Shown here: positions 10,975-33,800 of the stretch, piece after piece
How the letters are laid out: each line of letters begins with the position of its first letter
Numbering within the stretch: the first letter of the stretch is position 1
NCBI RefSeq assembly: GCF_964355755.1
Contig: NC_092676.1
Span: 20,726,871 to 20,790,870 of the forward strand
Source of the DNA: Antedon mediterranea
Lineage: Eukaryota; Animalia; Echinodermata
Length of the DNA: 64,000 bases
Direction: 5' to 3'
Position numbers and translations under genes: made by a program
Notes under the pieces: model-generated
Seen by the model: only the letters and a program-made list of their open reading frames with translations
Told to the model about the DNA's origin: nothing
The model's database searches: none

Positions 10975-12372
10975 CAGATAATGCATCTTTTTTGGGTGTA
11001 GGCTGTAACATGGATTAAATTCTTTAATCCATGGCTGTAATGAGCTAGCCTCAAGGTCTGTGTAAATTCTTCAAGTCAAAGGTCGCACACTGTCTTAACA
11101 TTATTTGTATTTAATTATTTCTCCATTCATTTATGAAACATTAAACCATTACTGTAAAGTTTATAAATAAAGATTTTTTTTATTTTTTGCTGTGGGAGAG
11201 TTGGTGTCTGAGAGAGACCAAATAAACTAAAAAATTGCCGTCCTCATTTTTTCGGAGCTTGTTTTATATTAACAATAAATGAACATGAACAAATATAGAA
11301 TCTTAATGGCTTTTTTTTTTTGGTTTGTTTTATATTTTATATCATATCAAACTTGTATCAGTGGACCCTCATGTGATTGTAGGCCTAAATCGATTGTGTA
11401 GACATACAAATAGCAGTATCTGAGCATGCGTAAATAATAATGTTCTTAATACCAGGGAGTTGTTATTAGTACAGTACTCGTCGTCCAAACCATTAATGAT
11501 AATAGCTACTTTGTAATAATAATTGATTGGTTTATCAGCAAAAAAGCATGAACCATGGAGGAAAAAATCAAGATCAAACGATGCCAGTGCACCTAAAAGT
11601 GACTCCAGTCAATTGCGAACATAGGCCAAGTTAATCACGGCGATGCCGGGGGTTTCCGCTATTTCTATGAAGTAGCCTAAACCTAGGCCTAAGCCTGCAT
11701 CTATCATCTTTATAAACTCCATTATTATTATTATTATTTGAAGAATTACATGCCTTGACCAGGGAATTATAAAATGTATAGGTCCATGTTTTGACGACAC
11801 ACAAAGTAGCACATTACAGTAAGATAATAATGACGTAAATACTATTAAGTAACTTTCTTGGCCGTCATTGGATAATTTTAGGAAGTACGTCCTACTCACT
11901 CAGTCACTGCTCTATTTACAAATGAAGGGTTCTAATTGGTCAGCTAACAGCACACTGCTTGAGGCAGTTTAAATTCTCCTTGAAACCGTCCATAAAACAC
12001 GCCATTACTCATACATCTGTCGTACCGCTAATGACCGAAAACCTCACTTTTTGGGGTTTTCAAACGTAACGCTATCCGGGGCTCCTGCGCCTAATGAATT
12101 TATTGTACCCGATTAAACCATATAAATTAAAGAAAAGACCATTTCAACGAGAAAACCATTCTCTGTCTGAAATTCATACATAGGTTTTTGTTAATTTTAA
12201 ATCTTATTTCCTTTTTTATAAAGAAAACTACAAAATGACATATTCAAAGTTTGATTGTATGCATCTTTAATTTTCATATTTTGGGATCTTTAAATTAACT
12301 ATAATTTAAAATGTTCAAATGTACCAAAGTACATGAACTTATATGCATTTTTTATTTGTAACTTAAACATAC

Positions 12373-13159
12373 CTTCTTTTTTGTATTTTAGTAACACTAG
12401 TTGGAATCCTGAGAGGAGCTAACAATGCAGTTGGTGACCCTGGGCTTGTTTCTTGGTTGGCTGTGTTCAGTGGATTTGCTTTGTATTGACTCTGTACATA
12501 GCTTGTTGCTACAGATAGCATCCCCAAAATGGCCGCAAGGACACAAACAAATATTATTGCACCAAATAACTCTAAAAATAGATACATCAAGAATAAGTAT
12601 TTTTGACATACATTACAACAAAACATCATTGAAACCATGGAGAGGTATAAAATATGTTGAAACCAAGCTTCCTGTATGTACATGGCTTGTTGCTACAGAA
12701 CATCCCCAAAAAGTCTGTTGTATTGTGTCACATTGTGATGTCATTATTGTTGCATGCTCTACAACTTCCTGGTAAGTAAATACAGTATGTAACTTTCTAT
12801 TGAGCCTAAGATTCTCAGTGCAATTCAGTATCGGAGAGAATATTATACAAATAATGAATGAGTTGAATGGGAAGAATATATAATGAGTTGAAATATTGAC
12901 TGTTATACTTTCAATGAATGGACATGTTCTAAATTAAACTTTTATTCAACTAACCCGCTGTTTTTTGGTACACGGAAAAAAATACTACGACCATTTAATA
13001 GTGCATATTATTGCATGCCATGTAACCCACAATCGTCAAATCAAATTACAGGAATTATTTAGGTGTTATATAATATATTTTACCTCCTGCTGTTTCTATC
13101 ATCCAACTCTTAAATAAGAATTGACCAACATCTGCTGAGAAGTAGAATGACATGTGCAT
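12373..13159 (-). CDS. Copper transporter, SLC31/CTR family (5' coding exons only)
   Basis: Exon 13159-13084 (MHMSFYFSADVGQFLFKSWMIETAG, typical CTR MxMxFYF...LF..W) splices in phase to exon 12571-12373 (ELFGAIIFVCVLAAILGMLSV..., TM1). No MxxxM/TM2-3 exon was found in the window. A probable upstream exon ends at the donor near 15427. Confidence 0.8.
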
Positions 13160-13189
13160 CTAAAAAAAAGAAAGAAAGTTAATAGTAAA

Positions 13190-13800
13190 AGACCCCTTCC
13201 CTGCAATTTTGGACGTTTTTTGGAAAATAATTAAACATTAAACCATGTCATTCCTTGTCTTAAATGTACGTTTTGTGGTAAATTATGATAAAAAGTGAGA
13301 AACAATGCACTACCTAAGTAGCTCGCGGCGATCGACCTCTCGTGGAGGGTCTTAGGCCTAGCCTAGCTAGGCTTAGTTTTGTAGGCCTAGCTGGTAAACA
13401 TCGGTAACGTACGAACATCGTACGCTACCTATATACCTAGCCTGACGTTGTATAGTTGCTGCATTAATTGTATTTCTATTTTTGCCAGACTCCGTTGATA
13501 CAAATTGGGGAAAACCCGGTATTTTCGCTGAAAAGTTAGGAGTCTTCCATTTGTTTTGGCCTCACGATCGATCGAAAAGTGGGCGAATTACAGGTGAAAA
13601 ACAAAAATATCAATCCGCGCGCAATGCATTTTGGGATTTATAGCGGGCCGCTATAATTATTAGAATCGACTTATTTTTCACATTTTTAACCGTTTAAAGA
13701 CGAAAAAAGTTATCGCAATAGGACCATATAGTATTATTTTTACATTAAATATAGTTTGTGATCTTAAAATTAGATCTAAAAAACGTAGGGAATGGGGCTT
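13190..13800. mobile_element. Non-autonomous DNA transposon (Kolobok-like, ~610 bp), copy 1
   Basis: Imperfect TIRs AGACCCCTTCCCTGCAATTTT / AAAACGTAGGGAATGGGGCT, flanked by TAAA/TTAA; near-identical to 14475-15100 in reverse orientation. Confidence 0.85.
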
Positions 13801-14474
13801 TAACTTACTGTACTCCATTCATGTTTCCGTACAATTACTGTACACTATATTTTGCATTTAATACCCACTTTTAACGTCAATCCTAACCATCAATTCACAA
13901 ATTTTGTGGTTGATGGTACAGTAAGTGACATGAAACAAACAAAAATTAACTTCATGTGGATATACAGAACCTTGGTAGAACATTTAAAGACAAGTATTAA
14001 TATAGGAGTAACAAAAATACTGTACTAAGCTTGAAACCTGCTTAATTGTAATGATATTGAATACAGTAATTAGATTACATTTATAATGAGTTCTGCACCA
14101 CGATGGTTTATTTTTGCTGGTAGTGGTACTACAAAAACAACTCAATAGCCACGTCTTATTTTAGAATTAGATCTACAGGTCAAATATTGTATATAGTTTT
14201 GATTTTCAAATTTATTATAAAAAATGGTACTATAAGACATACTGAAAGGAAACATTAAAACCCATTTTCTGTAACTGTTTTTTCATTGTAGGGAAATCAT
14301 TTTCTGAAATAAAATTAATCAATCAATAATAATATATTAATAATGATTATATAAAGGCAGATGAAACAAATAGCAACATTGGTTCTCTCATTACAAAAGT
14401 AACAACTTTACACTCACCATTTTTTGGTGGTGGTTCCTAAAAAGAAACTTTTGTAAAATTTTCTATTTATTTAA

Positions 14475-15100
14475 AGCCCCATTCCCTACGTTTTTTAGAT
14501 CTAATTTAAGATCACAAACTATATTTAATGTAAAAATAATACTATATGGTCCTATTGCGATAACTTTTTTCGTCTTTAAACGGTTAAAAATGTGAAAAAT
14601 AAATCGATTTTAATAATTATAGCGGCCCGCTATAAATCCCAAAATGCATTGCGCGCGGATTGATATTTTTGTTTTTCACCTGTAATTCGCCCACTTTTCG
14701 ATCGATCGTGAAGCCAAAACAAATGGAAGACTCCTAACTTTTCAGCGAAAATACCGGGTGTTCCCCAATTTGTATCAACGGAGTCTGGCAAAAATAGAAA
14801 GACAATTAATGCAGCAACTATACAACGTCAGGCTAGGTATATAGCTAGCGTACGATGTTCGTACGTTACCGTTGTTTACCAGCTAGGCCTACAAAACTAA
14901 GCCTAGCTAGGCTAGGCCTGAGACCGTCCGCGAGAGTTCGATCGCCGCGAGCTACTTAGGTAGTGCATTGTTTCTCACTTTTTATCATAATTTACCATAA
15001 AACGTACATTTAAGACAAGGAATGACATGGTTTAATGTTTTTAAAGTGATATATATGTATTATTTTCCAAAAAACGTCCAAAATTGCAGGGAAGGGGTCT
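14475..15100. mobile_element. Non-autonomous DNA transposon (Kolobok-like), copy 2, inverted relative to copy 1
   Basis: TTAA-AGCCCCATTCCCTACG...TGCAGGGAAGGGGTCT-TTAA; AG termini with TTAA target. Confidence 0.88.
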
Positions 15101-15544
15101 TTAACAAATTTAAATAGGCCAATAATATATTTAATTATCAAATGACACAGTTCCGTCGATGCACAGCATTGTAGAAGCATATTCTTTGTCCCGGCTATGT
15201 TGTCCAGAGTTGCGTAACGGTAACAGTCAATTGTAATCTTGGACCGGGCCCCTGTCTGCTTCTCTCTGGAAATGGGGGTACCTGGCCTAGATAGAGATAG
15301 GCCTAGGCCTAACTTCTAGGCCTAGGATCAGTTTTTTTAAACCGAAATTAGAACACAAGTATCAAACCAACCTAGTTGAAAACTACTGAAATTAAACTAT
15401 GTCATATAATCTAAATAAAGAACTCACGATTACAACATAGAATCCTTACGATTGCAATAAAATTAGATGTAAAACTGGGTCTACCCAGCAGCAACAAAAA
15501 CGCTGTTGTTGTTTTCTTCTGATCTTCAGCATGTGATGTTAAAT

Positions 15545-15556
15545 TGCGCATGCGTT
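15545..15556. promoter_or_regulatory. NRF1-like palindromic site in the probable CTR promoter
   Basis: TGCGCATGCG just upstream (minus-strand sense) of the presumed first CTR exon. Confidence 0.4.
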
Positions 15557-16126
15557 CAGAAAATTACGGACACCGAGTTCGTGTTTTCACAGGGGATGTT
15601 TGACATAAGATTTGACATAAAAGTACTGTAAGTATAATAATAATATAATTTTTAATAGGTATAGCATCTAGTAGACATATAACTAATAGTTAGGCATAAT
15701 ATGATTGAACAAATAAACCAGTTTTACCACAGTCTATGCTAAGAAGCTAGGCCAGGCCTAGCTAGCTAGGCCAGTCACTGTCGCAGAGGAAGAGTCCTGC
15801 TGGACGTTGTCTCGGCAGTGCTCGGTTAGTGCAGGCGCAGTCATCATCAGGCCTAGGCCTAGGCTAGAATTTATTATTATTATTCATAATAAAACTAGCA
15901 CAGATTATTAACTAGGCCTACCTATGCTATGCATAATAGACAATGGTAATTCACTCAAAATTATTTAGAATTTTATTTTGCTTTAATTAGGCCATAATTA
16001 TTATATTAATTAATATATTAATTATTATTAACATCATGGACCATGGTCTAGTTTGGATCCGATAGGCAGTGCAGAAACAGTTACTGTACAGTAGGTAGGA
16101 ATGGGCATACTGATGTAAGCGGAGTA

Positions 16127-18425
16127 TGGTCGAAGCGGCCGCCAACCAAAGCGGCCGCCAGTTTAATATCGTCATTTGTATGGAACGCCATGTGCGCTTT
16201 AATCTTTGATTGCCGTTGTCAACGCCATGGCCTATGGCGAGTTGAGTTACAGCTAAATAAATATAAGCCAACTCATGTACTATCAAATCTTTATATTTCT
16301 ATAATAATTAAGTTTGCCTGCCGATAAATCAATGTATATTTTATTTGTATTTACTATTAACTAATACATATATCGAAATATATTTTGCCGAACCTTTATA
16401 TCTCGTTTACATACTATTGAATCCTTATACAGTATTGCAATAATAATTTACGTATACGATATTGCCGAATCTTTATATCTCGTTTATATACTATTGAATC
16501 CTTATACAGTATTGCAATAATAATAATTTACGTACGGTATTGCCGAATCTTTATATCTCATTTACATACTATCGATTTTTATACAGTATTGCAATAATAA
16601 TTTACGTACGGTATTGCCGAATATTTATATCTCATTTGCATTTAACTATCGAATTTTATACAGTATTGCAATAATAATTTACGTACGGTATTGCCGAATA
16701 TTTAAATCTCATTTACATTTAACTATCGAATTTTATACAGTATGGCAATAATAATTTACGTACGGTATTGCCGAACCTTTATATCTCATTTACATACTAT
16801 CGAATTTTATACAGTATTGCATTAATAATTTACGTACGGTATTGCCGAATCTTTATATCTCGTTTACATACTATCGAATCTTTATACAGTATTGCAATAA
16901 TAATTTACGTACGGTATTGCCGAATATTTATATCTCGTTTATATACTATCGAATCTTTATACAGTATTGCATTAATAATTTACGTATACGGTATTGCCAA
17001 ATCTTTATATCTCGTTTACATACTATTGGATCTTTATACAGTATTGCAATAATAATTTACGTACGGTATTGCCGAATCTTTATATCTCATTTTTACATAC
17101 TATTGAATCTTTATACAATATTGCATTAATAATTTACGTACGGTATTGCCGAATCTTGATATCTCATTTGACATACTATCGAATCTTTATACAGTATTGC
17201 ATTAATAATTTACGTACGGTATTGCCGAATCTTTATATCTCGTTTACATACTATTGAATCTTTATACAGTATTGCATTAATAATTTACGTACGGTATTGC
17301 CGAATCTTTATATCTCATTTTTACATACTATCGAATCTTTATACAGTATTGCATTAATAATTTACGTACGGTATTGCCGAATCTTGATATCTCATTTACA
17401 GACTTAATCAAATCTTTATACAGTGTTGCATTAAATAATAACTTACGTACGGTATTGCCGAATATTTATATCTTGTTTACATACTATCGAATCTTTATAC
17501 AGTATTGCATTAATAATTTACGTACGGTATTGCCGAATATTTATATCTTGTTTACATACTATCGAATCTTTATACAGTATTGCAATAATAATTTACGTAC
17601 GGTATTGCCGAATATTTATATCTCATTGACATACTGTACTATCGAATCTTGGTTTTTATTATTAGTAATAGTGTGTGTTATACATTTAAGTGTTATTCCA
17701 TTGTAATACATTGTTTGTGTTTTCAATAAAGCAACATGGGACGCCCACCTAATGTGCAGCAGCACTATTGCTGGCCGTCAGTCGAGTTATTAGCAGAAAT
17801 TCGCGTAATTAATTACTGTATCAAACAGACACTTTCATCTTATTTTAGTATTTAAAACTCATTTTCAATTGATCAATATTTAAATATCTGAAGTAATAAA
17901 ATAGTGTAGGATATTAAATAAATTGCTGTCATCATGTTATTGTATTAAATTATGATTGCGAACACTACTATAGTTACTTTACTAATTAATTAATATACAA
18001 TAACAAATATTTTTAATTATTAATATATTTATATATTTTGATATACTTTATTGATTGGTTTATTTATATATAATTCCTAATAATTGGCTTATTATTATAT
18101 TATATTAATATACAATATAAACACCACAATGTATTTTATAGACTTTATTAAACATATGTATATCATTTAGAACAGTTAAAATAAGTAATCATCGATTCGC
18201 CATTTCGTTTAAAAGAACGTACGCGTATCACATTCAATCTGTAAAAAAAAAGAGAATAAATTACATAATAATGTAGATTGTTATTTACGTCCGAGGTAAA
18301 GAAAACCTGTCGAAACAATGACAATCAAAGATTACAAAACAACGACAATCAAAGCGCACACGGCGTTCCATACAGATTACCGTTATTGAACTAGCGGCCG
18401 CTTTAGTTGGCGGCCGCTTCGACCG
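16127..18425. mobile_element. Non-autonomous TIR element with TA target duplication (Tc1/mariner-pogo-like), ~2.3 kb
   Basis: TA-TGGTCGAAGCGGCCGCCAACCAAAGCGGCCGC... and ...GCGGCCGCTTTAGTTGGCGGCCGCTTCGACCG-TA; imperfect inverted match over ~90 bp. Confidence 0.85.
16380..17650. repeat. Minisatellite with ~79 bp unit, about 16 copies
   Basis: Unit TATTGCCGAATCTTTATATCTCGTTTACATACTATCGAATCTTTATACAGTATTGCATTAATAATTTACGTACGG repeated; explains the repetitive ORFs here. Confidence 0.96.
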
Positions 18426-18670
18426 TAATCCATGTAAGCCTGTATATATAATAAATTTAAGAGTGTGAATGAACATAATTATTATAATATTAATAGCAAT
18501 CTGCAAGTTTATAAACTTTTTTTGATTACAGGTAAAGTGCAATGAAGTTGATACCCGAAATGCTGACATCTAATTAATTTAACAACAATTTCGAGAGTTG
18601 GTGTGTCGCCAACACAAAATTCAAGAGGTCATAATTATTTTAACATACATGGTAGTCTGTTGAAATAAGT

Positions 18671-28714
<10,044 letters not shown>

Positions 28715-30883
28715 GGAAAATGTCTTGGAAATCCAGGCACTAAAGCTCTGTCTACACTATCAAAGTTTATTTGACAAAAAAAAATGCGATGTGCCCATAT
28801 AATAGACACGATCATATCACTGCCATGTTTTGGCACATAACACTTTTTTGTCAAACTAGTTTGATAGTGTAGAAAGAACTTTATGTTTGGTTCAAGTCTT
28901 CTTCGATGATGATAACCCATCTTGTGATGAAGAGAATTGTAAACTGCCATTTGATAAACCATTCCTTAAAATGCACATAATTTTTCACATTACTGTAGTG
29001 TACTGGCCCCCAAAACTCCTGATATTTGTTAATGTAAATATCATTTTTCTGTAATTTTTCAGCATTATTTATCTAAATATTGTGTTTGTAATTAACATTT
29101 TGCTATTAAATGTTTGCAAATACAATATTTGAATTTATAAGAAACTATTTTCATAGTACACATTCTTTATTTATCCAACTAAACAAATGCAACACTTCTT
29201 TCTTACCTTAAGCTCTGTCTACACTATCAAACTTTATGTGAAAATGTGATGTGCTCATATATGGACATGATGACGTCATACAATATTTGGGCACATAGTT
29301 TGATAATGTAGACAGAGCTTTAGGTTTGCAATAAAATTAAACTTTTAAGTAACTAACATTGACATCATTATTAAATATTTATGAGACTATTGATTTACAG
29401 ACTTTTTAAAGTTTAATGGCTAAGTTTTGTGATTGTAATAGCTTCATGCAGCGAACTCGATTCTCTGTACTGAATGAATCTTCACAGTACCTTAAAACCT
29501 CGAAAAAAATCCCCCCTCAAAAAGAAGCGCCCCCCCCCCCCCCTCGAAAACAACCCGCCTTCCTTGATTTGCAAAAAATAATCTCGAATAAAAGCCAATC
29601 TAGAAATCAAGCCCACTGGAAAAGATAGTATAGTCTTTGATTGTAAAATGGCAGAGAAATGTCATACCTACACATTTTACCAATCTACCAAATCATAAAT
29701 TCCACCAGCAGTGGAAGTGAAAGTATAAAAGCCAACTGACTTGTATCGATAATACTGTAATAACAATTTTCAGAGAATTCCACATATGTTCAAATGACAC
29801 AAGATAAACAGTAAAATTTAATTCAATTAAATTTGTTTTCACAATTAAAACCTCATACATTGACAATATAAATATATCAACATTCGTGTGCTGGAGAAAA
29901 CTGACAAGCAAAACTTTCCCTTTAGTTGGTCTAACCAGTATATTTCGGAAGATAATACTCTAATACATGAATGACGTTACTGCTTTCATGATTAAACCCT
30001 TTTAGAAATAGTCCTTTCAGAAATTTCTGCAATTGCAGATTAAAAGTAAATCTTCTGCTGTTATCTTTCAACATAATATTGTGCATGATTTTTACTCTTC
30101 CTCGGTTTGTTAAAGAATTTCTCGCTTGCTTTTATGCTCGCATTAAAATGCAATTATTATTTTAAGCTATATCAACTGTATATCCTGTTGGCGCATTAGA
30201 GTGGTTACCGATAAATATGGCAAAGGAACTAAAACCCTATCAAAATCTGTCAGCAAATCTGGGTCTTCGTTGAATATGAAAATTCATATCTAAAAATACT
30301 CATTGTCGGATGATAATTGTTTCTAAAGCTCTGTCTACACTATCAAACTAGTTTGACAAAAAAGTGTTATGTGCCCCCAAATATGGTAGTGATATACCCA
30401 AATATGGTAGTGATATGACATCATCATGTCCATATGTGTAGGCCTACATCACATTTTGTTGTCAAAAAAAGTGTGATAGTGTAGTCATAGCTTAAGTAGG
30501 CCCTAATTGATAGTCGGGAAAGAATCATTACCGGTATAGTTGATAATTTACTCATTTGTTCTTGAGATTGGTTCAATGATGGTTCCGAAACTAATTTAAC
30601 CGTAAAGACAAATTCACACAATCTCTCCCCACCCCCAACCTCCCCACCTCCAATAACATACGTGCAAATGATGGAGATTATCATGAATGCTTATGACACT
30701 GTTAATCTAATTGGACTTTGAACAATACAGCGACAAGTAGTTATGTACATTGACTGGACAGAATGCAAATGGTCACGAAATACTGTATTTGTATGTTAAA
30801 ACCTACTACTGTTGTCTGTACTTAGGCCTAGGCTAGGCCTACTAGTGTGTGTTTTTATTAGCTCAGTCCAGGCTCAGTCTAAC

Positions 30884-33800
30884 ATGAATGACACCCACTG
30901 TAGCGATGAAGCACCGTCATCGGAGGAAATGATTCAAGGTTCGTTTCTTTTTTGTAAGCCTAATAGGCCTAGGCCGTATTTTACCTCAATTTATTTTCTT
31001 ACAAGGGACAAGGGACAATTCGAATAATCCATCATTTGAGATTGCGTTACGTCGTTGCGTTGCGTCTCGGTGACACCAAGCAACGCAAGGACGACGTAAA
31101 CGCAGCGTAAATCAACCAACCACAAGTGATGGATTATTCGAACTGTCGCATGTTATTGGTCAACGTCGATAGTTGGAACCAAGGAGCATTATTCGACACT
31201 CGACATTGTCATAATAATTTTACCCTTTATGCCGTTTGTATAGGCATATTCAAATTTGATAATACAGCATTATTATTATTGATTACAAATGAAAACAGAT
31301 ATTAAAATCGTAAACTAAATATTCAGTTTCAATGGTGACAAAGCATTTCAATTCATAACAGTTTAGTTTCAGCTGTTGCTGTGGAAATATGATATGTATG
31401 TTCTATGGAAAACAATGATCTCACAAAATAAATAAATCGTAAATTGTAGGCCCTACATAAATTATATAAATCATCAATTCACTCTTAATTCGAAAAAAAA
31501 AAAGAAACCAATAAAACAGAAGATCAGAAACTAAATTAAAAAAAAACGCCATTACGGATTAAGTAATTTGTATTATGTTGTAAAATCAAAATAAAATAAT
31601 AATAGATACATTTATCCATGATTAAAGATGAATTGTTCCCTAAAAAATATGATGAAAAATGAAGATTAATAAAATCAGATTTTGAATAGCTTTTTTGTAG
31701 TTTTAATAAATTTAATCACTTCCGCAGAAAAACACGCAAAAAAAAAGACAAAACAAACGCTTAAATATATAGTATCTTTAAATTAAAAAAAATATAAACA
31801 AACTAACAAAGCAAAATACTTATTTGGAATGGTAAGAGACAAATAACATCTTGTGTATGTTTTTTAATGCTTTACAAAGCTACGTGTTAAAACAATGGAG
31901 TTGAGTTGCGGCTTGCTACGGTGGCTATGTTATGGTTATGCTGTCATGTCAGGATTTTTTCTAATGACAATTTATAACTCCACTCTCAAAGACTTGTAAT
32001 AATACTGTACTTGTTTATGTAAAACATCTTGTGTATATTATATTGCCACCTTTAAAGTGAATTAATTCGCTTATGGTTATCCTTCGCAATTTGCCTAAAT
32101 ATATACATAAAACAAACAAAACAAAATTGAACGACGCCTCCCCGTTCCTTTTAATGCTTGATTCCCACTAAAGACGCAACACAAGAATGTAACGCGACAT
32201 AAGTGAGTTGACCAATCACAAGCGATGGATTATTCGAACTGTCGCTTGTCATTGGTCAACACGTTTGCGTTGCCTTTACGTCCCTGCGTTGCGTCCTAGT
32301 GTGAACCAAGCCTGTGAATGTACTTTTAATTATATACTATTTTGTTTACAGTAATCAGACGTCGACGTGACATTCTGATATATGTCATAATAGCTGGTAT
32401 ACTGTCGTGTCTTACTGTCTTGCTATTTGTAGAAATTTCATACAGAATTGCTAGAAATCAATTTTACAGTGCGTCACGTACTATTATTATTATCCTACTT
32501 GCACTGTATCCAGTAAGTCTTACATTTTTCGTAAATACTATCTTTTGTGGTTCACCACCACCTTTATTTCTAAACATTTTCTACCTTTTTTCATTATTTT
32601 CTGTTTTCCCTCAAAATATCATAATTTCTTAACTTTATTATCATACCATTAATAAACATTAGAATTCATTTAATATTTTTGTTTTCTGAATTACTAAACA
32701 TTAATACAAAGTATTTACTTAAATCGTAAATACTATTTGTAAAATCAAAGAATAGCGAGAATATTTTCCCATATTCTTACCTATATTATACGTTCTGAGT
32801 GCCCGATTAAAATAGTCCAGGTTGCATGGTGGGTGTGGTAGAAGGGAGTGCAATTATCTAATCTTTTTAAAATTATTTAAAGGCAGAAGTGGTCGTTTAG
32901 ATCATAGAACAAAATATACTGATGTACATATCTATATATAAATTTACGTAAGGGCAAAATTCGGTAAATCTCGCCTTACTTCTAGAATTTTTACTCGATG
33001 GTATATAAAGTTGGTTCGTACTTTCGGTACTGATTTTAACCACCTGATGTAACCCTGTTTACTAATTAAATTGAGTTAAATAATTAGTTATTGACGATTA
33101 AAACGAATTTAGGTTCAACGATTTGCCCCAAATAGGGGTGTTTTCCGACCGTGGTATACACTGTTTAATGCATGTCCATCGTGAAAAATACCCGCATACA
33201 ATAATACGAGGATGCTTCGCATTTTCCTATCTCCTCCTACGATAACTGTTTTTAATGGCTGAAAACCGGTTGAACAGCTCGAGTACAGCATCATAATGTT
33301 GAAGACAGGCCGATTTTCTTTAAAAAAATACTATTTTGATACATTTAATATACGTTTATACAAATGTATTGATTTGCAATGAATGGAACATTCCAAATTA
33401 TTTGGTTTAACCATACTTGCATACCTCAAATGGTTTAACACAAGTAGGTAAATTTATAGACCCTTGGAGAATAAACAGAAATAGTATTGTAATGCTATAC
33501 AATACTGCAAATAGGTATTAACCACTTTTGATCGCCATTTGAATCAAAATTGTGTTGGTACTGTTAAATATAATATAAACAAATATACTAATAAACTTTA
33601 TCACTGTGAGTGTGGGTAGCCCCTACTTTTAGATTAAACACATAATAATATAATACTTTATTACTGTCAGTTGTTTCTCAACGTTTGTATTAATTAATAA
33701 TTACAAAAATATAAACGTATTAGTGGTCTTTAAATGTACTTTACTATTTCAATCGACCATGAGACAGTGACAGTTTTAATAAAGTATTAAATCGGAAATG

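Larger units (their letters stand above)
1..12110. mobile_element. Putative large DNA transposon (transposase + Tudor protein + kinase); left end outside window, right end approximate
   Basis: Gene-dense cassette with a DDE-like gene and none of the MITE families seen in the rest of the window, located downstream of an unmatched CTR splice donor. No TIR pair or TSD can be demonstrated here. Confidence 0.5.

Noticed and set aside
12183-12191. RSS nonamer GGTTTTTGT near the putative element end (also 8010-8018)
   Set aside because: No CACTGTG-like heptamer at 12 or 23 bp spacing; expected by chance in AT-rich DNA.
12425-12775. 116-aa plus-strand ORF bounded by splice-like signals
   Set aside because: Antisense to a CTR exon, with no recognisable motif or partner exons.
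16768-17706. Overlapping repetitive ORFs
   Set aside because: Translations of the 79-bp minisatellite.
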